Assembly: GCA_963737155.1 (NCBI GenBank)
Contig: CAVTRN010000001.1
Span: 96,001 to 160,000 of the forward strand
DNA from: Nitrospirota bacterium
GTDB taxonomy: Bacteria; Nitrospirota; UBA9217
Direction of reading: 5' to 3'
Length of the DNA stretch: 64,000 nt
The stretch's first letter is position 1. Each line of letters starts with the position of its first letter. The notes under the pieces are model-generated. The model made no database searches. It was given only the letters and a program-made list of their open reading frames with translations, and was not told the origin of the DNA. The position numbers and the translations under genes were made by a program. Below, piece after piece: positions 42,891-52,764 of the stretch.

Positions 42891-42949
42891 ATACTCCTCC
42901 TGCCAGAATTAATTGATAAAATCATAAGGCATTCATTTCTTTAGAATTC

Positions 42950-43438
42950 GGACAATCTATTTTACTGCGCAAACCTCCCCTCTGCATTCATTGCGGATGT
43001 TCTCGCTTTGTTTGACGAAGCTCTCTTACAAGTAACGAAACTTGGCCTCTAAGAGTTATTGCTAATCCGGCGTGCAGTGCCGCCTTGCATCCCTTATCCA
43101 GAATATCAGGTTTCGTGCGGGGCCCTGATCTGCAGCGAGACGAGGTCATAGGCCTCAACCTTCCTGATATGGCTCTCTTCGTCAATGTCTTTCTTTGGGT
43201 TGCCTTTCAAAAATGATCGTGCAGAAAGCCCGCATATGAGATCTTTTGGACCAGCCTATACTTGAGGATCCCCCAGATTGAGATGATCCTGGTCAAAAAT
43301 CTCATCCTTCTTCTTCACCGTCCATACTTTGATCAAAAACTTTGCAGCGAGCTTCACCCCCAGTTTGGTACCAATCCCCTGCTCTTGCCGTCGGCGAAAG
43401 AAATTTCTACAGTAATACATAATGAAATAATAGCTCAT
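42950..43438 (-). mobile_element. IS110-family remnant (transposase C-terminus plus 3' non-coding end)
   Basis: GIGTKLGVKLAAKFLIKVWTVKKKDEIFD resembles the IS110 terminal helix. Followed by ~300 nt of non-coding sequence with hairpins. Confidence 0.5.
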
Positions 43439-43675
43439 GCCGGTAAATTATCGGTAGCCCGACAGGAACCAGGTTCGAATGAAAATAACGTAAAAAATTG
43501 AACTTGGATAAATCTACATGAATCCTCATATAAAACAATCATCTATCGATGAAGTAGAGACGCCCAATCTTTTTTTTCTGCACTACTAAAGTTTTGATGA
43601 GTTTATGCCGACAAGAAGTGTAAGTATGAATAGGTCTAATACAACTATTTGCATTTTATAAGGAGGAAACAAAAT

Positions 43676-44275
43676 ATGAAGAAGGTATTTGTGGTTTTGG
43701 CAGGTTCAGTCGGGCTGTTAATGGTTTCATTGTTATTTTACGGATGCGCGGCTAACCAGCAGGAGTATCAAAAAGCATTCGATAGCCAGCATTCGCTTAC
43801 CCAAAATCAGAGTGCGTTCACACAGTCGCCTGACAGTATTTTCAAGATCGCAAAACAAACCTTTATTCAGCAAGGCTTCACTATTGAAAGCGCAGACTTA
43901 AATTCAGGAATAATAAAAGCGGTACGGGACATGCAAGATAAAAAAGATTCTGAGATTTCTTACAATATTCATGTATCAACAGATATTTCAGAAGTGACAG
44001 GCTCCGAAACAAACGTCTCTGTGGCTGCAAGCCAGCAGACAATTCTCCACCGCGCCACTACTACCTGGTGGCACCTTCTTTGGATAGTACCGATTATTCC
44101 TACTGGGACCGAATATCAAACATTAGTTATCAAGGAAGGTGATGTTACAGACCCAGTTTTTTATTCCGATTTCTTTAATTCTTTGAGAATCGCAGTTACA
44201 AAGTACAATTTGGCTGCAAAGGCTGCCGCTGCAAAGGCCGTCGCTGCAAAGGCCGCCGAAACACCGCAAAAATAA
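43676..44275 (+). CDS. Hypothetical lipoprotein with AAKA tail
   Basis: AGGAGG RBS, lipobox FYGC, and three 15-bp GCTGCAAAGGC repeats near the end. Confidence 0.8.
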   Translation: MKKVFVVLAGSVGLLMVSLLFYGCAANQQEYQKAFDSQHSLTQNQSAFTQSPDSIFKIAKQTFIQQGFTIESADLNSGIIKAVRDMQDKKDSEISYNIHVSTDISEVTGSETNVSVAASQQTILHRATTTWWHLLWIVPIIPTGTEYQTLVIKEGDVTDPVFYSDFFNSLRIAVTKYNLAAKAAAAKAVAAKAAETPQK

Positions 44276-44585
44276 AGGCGGACGCAATAGCTGCTAAAAA
44301 CATCTGGGCGGCGTAGTTGCATACGGTGCCAAGATAGATACACGCGGATTTATTGAGTTGGCCAACACAAAGGATTAGGAATGTAATGCACCATGCTTAT
44401 GGTTATCGGGATTGCCAATCCAGAAATCAAGTCCTGCAGAACTAAGGAGTGTTTATCGTATGGGTTTGAGGATGTGAACAGGCACGATGTTAACTCCAGA
44501 TAACATGCGGAAGACAGACAGCCTTTCCTCAAGAAATTATATCGCAGGCTCCTCATGGATTATATCTTACAATAAAGGAGATTTT

Positions 44586-45611
44586 ATGCTAAGGAAAAAC
44601 TGGTTGAGCATTTTGGGGCTACTGCTGTTTGTGATGGTCATTGCATCGGGTTGCGGGTCAATTAATAAGGACATAAATGAGTTAAAAAGCGACACAACTA
44701 CACCGTTAGCGCCCACGGGGGTTACCGCTACACCGGGGAATGGCGACGTAACAATTGCCTGGACGGCAGTTTCAGGTGCGATTTCTTATAACATTTACTG
44801 GTCAAATACTAGCGGCGTTAATCTGTCCAACGGCAACATGATACCCCTTGTGACTAGTCCTTATATCCAAACGGGGTTGACCAACTCAACACCATATTAC
44901 TACGTGGTAACCGCAGTAAATGGTTTTGGCGAATCTAATCCCTCGACTCAGGTGATGGCAACACCATCAGCGTCAGTTGCTCCATTTATCAATGCCACAG
45001 TATTAAGCGTGACCGGAGGGACGAATCCTCTCAGTCAGCTCCAACAGGTTTGGGTTTATACCGATATTTCACAATCAACTCCAGTAGAGAATGCCACCGT
45101 AACCGTAAATGGGACCACTCTCACCTACAATACTGCAAACTCTTCGTATCAGGGGACTGCGGCAATAGCCACGGGCGCTACCGTCAGCCTCAGTGTGGCC
45201 ATACCTGGAGGCTCAACCTACACCGCAACAGGCACTCAATATACCACATTCCCGGACGTCACTGCTCCTACGTCGGACGCTACATGGCAGCCTGGCAATG
45301 CCAATACCATCACGTGGAGTGCCGGTGCGCCGACCGCAGGTGCAACGTATTTTGTCGGAGTTACTGACATTAACGGAAATTTAGTCTATCCTGCAGGGAA
45401 TAATGGGTCTAGTAATGTCTCTACAAGCTCTACCTCGTATCCTATTCCTGCGAACAGTTTAACAGCGGGAAGTTACTTTGTTTATGTTGGAATCGGAACA
45501 ACGGGTATAGCAGATGAAATTTCGGGAGGAATACCAATAGCCAACGCAGCTACCGGTTCGGATTTATGGATTGGCGGGATTGCATCCTTTGTTCCCATCA
45601 CTGTTCAGTAG
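44586..45611 (+). CDS. Fibronectin type III-domain lipoprotein
   Basis: Lipobox ASGC and APTGVTATPGNGDVTIAW...YNIYW...YYYVVTAVN.GES. Confidence 0.85.
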   Translation: MLRKNWLSILGLLLFVMVIASGCGSINKDINELKSDTTTPLAPTGVTATPGNGDVTIAWTAVSGAISYNIYWSNTSGVNLSNGNMIPLVTSPYIQTGLTNSTPYYYVVTAVNGFGESNPSTQVMATPSASVAPFINATVLSVTGGTNPLSQLQQVWVYTDISQSTPVENATVTVNGTTLTYNTANSSYQGTAAIATGATVSLSVAIPGGSTYTATGTQYTTFPDVTAPTSDATWQPGNANTITWSAGAPTAGATYFVGVTDINGNLVYPAGNNGSSNVSTSSTSYPIPANSLTAGSYFVYVGIGTTGIADEISGGIPIANAATGSDLWIGGIASFVPITVQ

Positions 45612-45687
45612 GATCACCTCTAAAAAAAGGCGGAGACGTTTCCTAACGCTCCTGTTTTTAACACAGTGAAATATTTCTCTTGTATAC

Positions 45688-45717
45688 ATCCCCAGCCGCA
45701 AGGTTGGGGATTTTTTT
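45688..45717 (+). terminator. Intrinsic terminator
   Basis: ATCCCCAGCC-GCAA-GGTTGGGGAT followed by T6. Confidence 0.8.
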
Positions 45718-46365
45718 ATCCGAAAACGCGGAAACGAAGAACACGGCACTCAATTGCTGTGTAAAAGACAGACAGCTCAGTGCTGATGTAGTAAAGAAAG
45801 ATGCTCTTGCCAGTGCCCACTTTTGTCTAGTTTGAGGGCCAGGAAAGGCTCGAACTGCGTTTACGAATTGTATAATTCCATCAGCTCTTACGCCATCGTC
45901 ATAATATTGGCGTTCCAGCTTTGTAGGTGGAACCCGGAACAACAAAGAAGAAAAATAATTCCGCTTGAAGATTTTAGTCAATGATCCTTTTTGAATCCGT
46001 TGAAGCTGTCAATTGCCGCGCTTTATCAACTTTCGACTCGAAATTCGCAACGTCTAACTGCTCAAAATATCCATTCGGCGACATTGACATAAATTTAAAT
46101 CAGGCATATATTCATAATCAGGTTGATGACGTGGTATGTCCTTTGTGGGATGACATTGGCTTCAGGATTCCCTCATTAACATTCTGTCTGGAATCAGATA
46201 GAAATTGCTATGAAAAACATTGATGAATACGTTAAAAAATGGCGTTTCGGGTATTGGCGGGCAGCATGGCAAAGAACATTGTTGAAATAACTGCGGAATA
46301 TGACTATACAACAAATAGCTCACTCGATAGGCAGGTTAGCTCATCGATACCCTTAGAGGTGAAGC

Positions 46366-46824
46366 ATGCGTCGCATATCCTCTCGCATGACGTTTGTAAA
46401 TAAACGCCTGTTCCCTTTAGTTTGGTTCGGGTTCCTATCATTCTTTGTCGTGATTTCGGCTTATGCCATGATTAAGAGGGGACGTTTTCAAATAGTATTT
46501 TTTATCATTCCCGTCTTCATGTCAGTCTTCGGATATGTGATAATGAAAAAGCTTGTCCTTGATCTTGTAGACGAGGCTTGGGACGCTGGTGATGCCCTGA
46601 TTGTCAAAAATAAAAATCAAGAAGTGCGTATCCCGTTATCGGACATTATGAATATAAGCTATTCTTATATTACTAATCCACCGAGAGTTACCCTAATGCT
46701 TCGAAACCAGTCCCCTTTTGGCACAGAAATTACGTTTATGCCACCGACAAGCTTTATACCATTCAAGAAGAGCCCAATCGTGACTGAATTAATCGAGCGA
46801 GTTGATGCGTTGCGAAAAAGATAG
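46366..46824 (+). CDS. Hypothetical 2-TM membrane protein
   Basis: GAGGTG RBS, two TMs, and DLVDEAWDAGDAL...NPPRVTL. Confidence 0.75.
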   Translation: MRRISSRMTFVNKRLFPLVWFGFLSFFVVISAYAMIKRGRFQIVFFIIPVFMSVFGYVIMKKLVLDLVDEAWDAGDALIVKNKNQEVRIPLSDIMNISYSYITNPPRVTLMLRNQSPFGTEITFMPPTSFIPFKKSPIVTELIERVDALRKR

Positions 46825-46910
46825 CCACTCGACTCGATCGATTAAACTGCTCACCCGGACCGTTCATACGCAAGTTGCAATCCGCATATTCTGAAAATGG
46901 AGAAATGATC

Positions 46911-47366
46911 ATGGAGCCGATTGGTATCATCTATACACCCTTTGAGGCGAAGGATAAATGTCCTATCCAGCCTCTATACGCATCTGACGCGGTAGGCCGT
47001 GTGGAGATAATCAATAAATTCGCTGAGGGATTACAAGATATAGAGACCTTTTCTCACATATATCTGATTTATCAATTTGATAGAGCGGGAAAACTGGAGT
47101 TAATCAGAAAAGCTTTTTTGGATGATGAGCCCCATGGAATATTTGCGACGAGGCACCCATGCAGGCCAAACGGTATTGGGATGTCTATTGTAAGATTAAA
47201 GCAAAGGTCGAATAATATTCTTATGGTGGAAGGTATTGACGTATTAAACATGACCCCATTGCTCGACATAAAGCCATACATACCCAGGTTCGACCGCATT
47301 GAAACGGCAACGGAAGGATGGATGGCTAACAAACAATGGCGGCCAAAGCCAGAGGGAAGAGAGTAA
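46911..47366 (+). CDS. tsaA: tRNA m6t6A37 methyltransferase TrmO/TsaA family
   Basis: PIGIIYTPF, GIFATRHPCRPNGIG and TPLLDIKPY. Confidence 0.9.
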   Translation: MEPIGIIYTPFEAKDKCPIQPLYASDAVGRVEIINKFAEGLQDIETFSHIYLIYQFDRAGKLELIRKAFLDDEPHGIFATRHPCRPNGIGMSIVRLKQRSNNILMVEGIDVLNMTPLLDIKPYIPRFDRIETATEGWMANKQWRPKPEGRE

Positions 47367-47421
47367 AGAAGTGCAAACAGGTAGAGATAATCGCAAGAAA
47401 TTACTGCAAGTTGAGTTCGAA

Positions 47422-48390
47422 ATGAATACGACATCGGCATCAACACTATTATCTGCCTCGAATACACGCCTCAATGAAGGCTGCGAGTACCGCGAGCGAC
47501 TCGGCCCTGATGCTGACGGACTGACGTTGCTGGCGTATCTCAGCCGACGCTATGCCCACTCCTCCGTGGAGGAGTGGGCGGAGCGCATTGCGTTCGGTCA
47601 TGTGCTCATTGATTCCAAGCCCGGGCATTCCGAAACCGTATTGCAGGGGGGACGCGAACTTGTCTGGCAGCGGCCCCCATGGATCGAACCCGAAGCGCCC
47701 ACGTCGTTTTCCGTTCTTTACGAAGATGAAGATTTGCTTGCAGTGGCCAAGCCTGCCGGATTGCCAACGCTTCCTGGCGCTAACTTCCTGCAGACAACGC
47801 TCCTGTATCAGGTACGCGCTTATGCGCCTGACGCCGCCCCGCTTCATCGGTTGGGAAGATGGACATCCGGCCTGGTATTGTGCTCCCGAAACCGTCAAAG
47901 CAGAACGGTATTGATGCAGCAGTGGTCAGCGAACAAAGTGGGGAAACGCTACCGCGCACTTGCCTGTGGACTTCCCGATCGGGATGAGATGACGATCTCC
48001 ACGCCCATAGGCCCTGTGCCGCACACCCTTCTCGGTTCGCTTCATGCCGCAAGTCCGAAAGGCAAGCCCTCCCTGTCTCAGGTGACTGTCCTCGAACGCC
48101 GGACGGATTCGTTCCTTTGTGACGTGCGCATTGCGACAGGACGGCCTCATCAGATCCGAATTCATCTGGCTGCACTAGGATACCCTCTGGTAGGCGATCC
48201 GCTTTATGGTGAGGGCGGTCTCCCCGCGCCTGATACGCGTGCTTTGCCCGGCGACCCGGGCTACCATCTTCATTCCGCAGAAGTGAGTTTTCGCCATCCG
48301 ACCATTGGGCGCGAGTTGATCATCGAATGCGGGCCGCCGCAGCTCTTACGTCTTTCAACTGATGCGCACCGAGATCTCGTTTTTCCTTAA
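47422..48390 (+). CDS. RluA-family pseudouridine synthase
   Basis: KPAGLP, LHRLGRWTSG, TGRPHQIRIH and GYPLVGDPLYG. Confidence 0.9.
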   Translation: MNTTSASTLLSASNTRLNEGCEYRERLGPDADGLTLLAYLSRRYAHSSVEEWAERIAFGHVLIDSKPGHSETVLQGGRELVWQRPPWIEPEAPTSFSVLYEDEDLLAVAKPAGLPTLPGANFLQTTLLYQVRAYAPDAAPLHRLGRWTSGLVLCSRNRQSRTVLMQQWSANKVGKRYRALACGLPDRDEMTISTPIGPVPHTLLGSLHAASPKGKPSLSQVTVLERRTDSFLCDVRIATGRPHQIRIHLAALGYPLVGDPLYGEGGLPAPDTRALPGDPGYHLHSAEVSFRHPTIGRELIIECGPPQLLRLSTDAHRDLVFP

Positions 48391-48435
48391 ATAGTTTAAC
48401 AGCTGAACTGTGATAAATCTGAAAGAGAGGGTCAC

Positions 48436-49005
48436 ATGAAAAAGAAGATCGGGAACCAGAATGTGCTCTATCCCACGCCGGTAACTATCGTGGGAGCGCT
48501 TGTGAACGGCAAGGTAAACTTCCTGAATGTCGCCCACGTCGGGATCCTGAACGCAGGCGCGCCTCACCTGATTTCGCTCGGCATGGGAAAACCACACTAT
48601 ACCAATATCGGCATCCGGGCTAACAAGACCTTCAGCGTGAACATCCTATCGCACGATCGGATCATCGAGGCCGATTATGTGGGACTCGTCACCGGCAGTA
48701 AAGTGGATAAGTCCGAGGTGTTCGATACCTTTTTTGGAGAATTAGAGACCGCTCCGCTCATACGGAATTGCCCGCTGTCCATGGAATGCAGGCTTTACGA
48801 TACGTATGAACTTAAAACGCACGATGTGTTTATCGGAGAGATCGCTGCCACCTATGCCGACGAGTCCGTACTCACGGACGGCAAGGTCGACATCGCAAAG
48901 GTCAAACCATTGCTTTTCGACATGAGCAGCATGAAATACTGGTCACTGGGGCAGCCTGTGGGTAACTGCTGGAATGCGGGTAAGCAGTATGGAAAACCAC
49001 GGTAG
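48436..49005 (+). CDS. Flavin reductase family protein
   Basis: LYPTPVTIVG, FSVNI, APLIRNCPLSMEC and THDVFIGEI. Confidence 0.92.
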   Translation: MKKKIGNQNVLYPTPVTIVGALVNGKVNFLNVAHVGILNAGAPHLISLGMGKPHYTNIGIRANKTFSVNILSHDRIIEADYVGLVTGSKVDKSEVFDTFFGELETAPLIRNCPLSMECRLYDTYELKTHDVFIGEIAATYADESVLTDGKVDIAKVKPLLFDMSSMKYWSLGQPVGNCWNAGKQYGKPR

Positions 49006-49745
49006 TGTTGAGATCTGTCTTCCACTTTTACAAAATATCCCGTTTTTGACACATCAATTGCAACCATTCGTAACGCACCAGTCTCAAAGGGACAGGCAAT
49101 AGCAGTATCGAGAGGCTGCTGCAGCATTTCCGCACTCTGGACAGCATATCAGGTTCAACAAACTTGGGCATTAACGAATGCGCAACCTGGGTACGATTCG
49201 AAAAGAAAGGCAATATGGACTCGGAAGCCGGGACCCTTGGCGCATCGGCGTAATTCTACACAACTATGCACCCATGTTGCGTTGCCCAGTATGGGGTCTA
49301 CTCAAACATGGTTATCTTGACATATCTTACGCCAACCACAAACTCCAGACGGTCAAGCCGCTGCGCAGCTTACAGTCAAAAGAAAGGAGCATCGCCCATT
49401 TGAGGATTGCGAATAAGAGGTTTTTATGGGCTATTTCCCAATATACAGATAATTATTGTGGCTCTATCTAGCCAGTTCAATCACTACCGTTGAAAGTCTC
49501 TATGATTGTGCCTTCCGCATTATGGCGCTGGATGGATATACTTTCAAAACAAGGCCGTGCTCGCAAAAGCGGGAAGTATAGAATAGATTCTAAACTAGTT
49601 ACTCAAGCTGAGTTATACACCGTGATCTCGATCGGCCCGCGTTACTAAAATAATATTTACAAGCGTTTTATATTTTGCTATTCTTTAAACTTCTGCGCCG
49701 ATTGCGGCGGGGAAGTCAACCCGGAGTTACAATTAAGGAGGATTC

Positions 49746-50057
49746 ATGAAGACGTTATTTAATACTCTCATTGTTTTTACAGTTATAGTATTTGCGACCA
49801 ATGTTTATGCTGCAAAATTGTCATGCGAAGGAACCGCCTGTGGTGTGGTGCGTCTTATTTTTCTGGGGGCGGGGAAGGGTTACATGGTTAAGAATTTTAG
49901 TAAAAAAAGGTCGGTAGTTGTCGGCATTAACTGGAGGACTGACCTCCAATGTACTGGCGTGGAGAATTTTCAGATTGCACCGCTTAATTATGCTAAACGA
50001 AATAGCAGGGGTATTTGCGGCCCATTATGGACGGCAAATTATAAAAAAATAAAATAG
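49746..50057 (+). CDS. Small secreted basic protein with 4 Cys
   Basis: AAGGAGG RBS and signal peptide (VYA). Confidence 0.7.
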   Translation: MKTLFNTLIVFTVIVFATNVYAAKLSCEGTACGVVRLIFLGAGKGYMVKNFSKKRSVVVGINWRTDLQCTGVENFQIAPLNYAKRNSRGICGPLWTANYKKIK

Positions 50058-50303
50058 CGCTGGCCCATTTTCTTCCACAGACAAGCCTGCGATATTACAA
50101 CATGATAGAGCACCCGTCCTAGAATTTTATATTATTTGCTGTGTTTTATCGCTAATAGTCGTATTATTTCAGGTAGTGGATTCAAGGTATTCCAGGAGAA
50201 GGAAGAGGACTGTTGACTGCATGCGTGTAAATGGTCTCACCAAGGGATGCGCAGATTCAACCTGTATTTTCACGCATATTTCTAGCGCACGTGAGTGCAG
50301 GAT

Positions 50304-50381
50304 TTCAGGTGAAGTTTGAGTTTCATGTAATATTAGCGAATGTACAAAATTCATTTTGTATCATTGCATTTTGTAGCGTGG
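50304..50381 (+). repeat. Dispersed repeat, copy 3 (3'-truncated)
   Basis: TAATATTAGCGAATGTACAAAATTCATTTTGTATCATTGCATTTTGT. Confidence 0.75.
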
Positions 50382-50594
50382 CCAAGCCCAAGGACGGTGA
50401 TGCATGGGCATGTGTTGCAGTAGTCGACATAACATTGAAGGAGGTTGATACAAAGTTTATTTGTGTATCATACGACTTGGGAAAAGTGGCATGCGCCATA
50501 ATCAATAGTGGCTTGCCTGCTTATTTCGTCGACAAGCTGAGGCATAGGCATGATGGCATTAGCGGATGAAACGGTGCGGTAATAGGGGCAGCTT

Positions 50595-51023
50595 ATGGGA
50601 AAGACAAAAGTGTTATTTGTCGATGTTCACAACAGCGCTCGAAGTCAGATGGCAGAGACGTTTCTCAACGCCTTGGAAGAAGAGAAATACGTCGCAGAAA
50701 GCGCGGGATTGCAGCCTGAAGAGTTGAATCTGATTGTCGTTGAGGTCATGAAGGAAGTCGGGTTTGATATCTCCGGGAAGAAAACGCAAAGCGCCTTTGA
50801 CTGCTTCAAGGCGGGCAAGCGATATAACTACGTGATTACGGTCTGTGATGAAACAAATGCCGAACAATGCCCCATATTTCCGGGATTTACGAAGAGGCTT
50901 CACTGGAGCTTTTCTGATCCCTCACGGTTGCAAGGAAGCCATGAAGAAAAGATCAAGGGGACAAGAATAATCAGAGATCAAATAAGGGCCAGAATAGAGG
51001 AATGGCTCTCGCAGGAACAATAA
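50595..51023 (+). CDS. arsC: Arsenate reductase ArsC (LMW-PTP fold) with Cys-to-Asp at the P-loop
   Basis: FVDVHNSARSQMAE, SAG, ITVCDETNAEQCPIFPG and HWSFSDP. Confidence 0.85.
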   Translation: MGKTKVLFVDVHNSARSQMAETFLNALEEEKYVAESAGLQPEELNLIVVEVMKEVGFDISGKKTQSAFDCFKAGKRYNYVITVCDETNAEQCPIFPGFTKRLHWSFSDPSRLQGSHEEKIKGTRIIRDQIRARIEEWLSQEQ

Positions 51024-51209
51024 AAAAAGGGAAAAGTGGTAGATTGATTATGGGCACCACTATGACCACACGGCTTTCCTTCAAGACGACACATGTTCGC
51101 ACGGATCTTGAACAGAAAAAAGGTTGCTGAGAATCGCGCTCCTCATGCACTTGTTACAATTATCATCCACTATTGTGAATAGATATTTCGTCAACACGGT
51201 TGCAGACCG

Positions 51210-51309
51210 GTAGGTGTATGTGATTTTTGTATAATATTTGCGAAAATGCAAATGCCATATTGTATCATTGCATTTTGTGATAAGGTTTTCTCTCATAGCA
51301 GCTTCCTGA
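51210..51309 (+). repeat. Dispersed repeat, copy 4
   Basis: TATAATATTTGCGAAAATGCA...TTGTATCATTGCATTTTGTGATAAGGTTTTCT...CTTCCTGA. Confidence 0.7.
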
Positions 51310-51591
51310 AGCAAACGAATTTCCACTCTTTGCATTAATGTAAGTACAACTTGAAATTCTCATACTTCCGTCCTTAAAATGCCACCTGAACTAACCCTCT
51401 GGAATCATTGCAATGATTGCGCATAAGGTATATATTCGTAAATAAGCATAGCTATTAATGTGCCATATTCATTGCTAAATTGAATAACATCGGATTTATA
51501 ATATAATCGAATCCGTTCAATCAACCGAGTTGGTAATCTATGCGCTGATGTTCAAGTAAAATGGACAATTATATCAAAGGAGAGATTTGCC

Positions 51592-52437
51592 ATGACTGAC
51601 CAATTAGGGGAAAATATCATTACACCAACTTGACCGCCATCAGGCGGCACTGGTAGTTGCCGACTAGATAACGTCAAGAAACTGTCTCTGGAATCATCCG
51701 CAGATTTGCAGGAGATCAGGAAAGCAGTACGCTATAAATACGCCGAAGTATCTATTTCGGCAGAGGGGAAGTTCCAATATCTCACAGGTAAGGACGGAGC
51801 AAAGGCCTTGGGATATGATCCCGCCATGATTGAAAGCGCCCACGCTCGGTTCTTTGAATCATCGTGCGGCGTCGGCAATCCATTCTCTTTAGGCAATATC
51901 AGACTGGGAGACGTCATTATGGATTTTGGGTGCGGCGCGGGTTTTGACCTCTTTGTTGCGAGAAAGCTGGTTGGTGAAAGCGGTCGGGTCTACGGAATAG
52001 ATTTAACGGAAAACATGGTATTGAGGGCACGAGAGAATCTCACCCTCGCGGGCATTACGAACTTTGAGATCAAGAAAGTTGATTCAGAAACCATACCCTA
52101 TGATGATAATTCCTTCGATGTCGTGATATCAAACGGTGTCATCAACCTTTCACCGAATAAAGAAACTACTTTCGCGGAGATATATCGAGTTCTTAAGCCA
52201 GGCGGAAAACTTCAGTTTGCCGATGTTGTCCTGGACAAAGAGCTGCCTGCGTCTTTCGCAGGAAGTGCTGATGCGTGGTCGCAGTGAATCGGCGGCGCGG
52301 TCCCGGTCCGGGATCAAATTAGATTACTGGAAGGAGCAGGTTTCAAAGAAATTGAATGGATGGGAATGACAGGCTTCCGTACATCACAATATACAGTCGG
52401 AGCATTGTTTAGGGCAAACAAGACACGTATAGTATAG
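51592..52437 (+). CDS. ArsM-like SAM methyltransferase, putative double selenoprotein (281 aa)
   Basis: AAGGAG RBS and ATG 51592. In-frame TGAs at 51631 and 52285, each with a hairpin 11 nt downstream. Motifs CGVGNP, DFGCGAGFD, SNGVINL and WSQ-U-IGGA. Confidence 0.8.
51645..51662 (+). promoter_or_regulatory. SECIS-like hairpin 1
   Basis: CGGCACT-GGT-AG(T)TGCCG, starting after an 11-nt spacer from the TGA. Confidence 0.65.
52299..52315 (+). promoter_or_regulatory. SECIS-like hairpin 2
   Basis: 17-nt GGTCCC-GGTCC-GGGATC, starting after an 11-nt spacer from the TGA. Confidence 0.75.
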
Positions 52438-52764
52438 CTGTCGTGATTATAAGATATATTATGACTCTCCGCTCGCTGTATCAAGTGCATATTCCAACTT
52501 GTGTTCGTTGTTATTGCACTTCGCCGAAACTCGTTTGCTTGTAGGTGCAACTCGGAGAAACGTGGTTTGTAAAAGCGATGAATGCATTTAAAGTATGTGA
52601 TCAAACGTCCTTCCTGAGCTCAACGATATCCGTATTGGTTTTCAGAGAACATTTTGAATTCGTTAGCCTCTACCATAAATGTGTGTTCATTAATAGTTAC
52701 GTAGGTTTATACTCCGGGTAAACACTTATTTCACTCTTCTTCAAGTATAAGGGAGGCATATCAC

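Noticed and set aside
44260-44330. GCGGACGCAATAGC resembling a c-di-GMP-I riboswitch core
   Set aside because: No GGCAAA start or GAAA tetraloop, and it overlaps the end of a coding region.
45720-46230. Short ORFs on both strands
   Set aside because: No RBS or recognisable motif. Possibly decayed DNA.
49030-49590. Short ORFs after the flavin reductase gene
   Set aside because: No recognisable protein signal.
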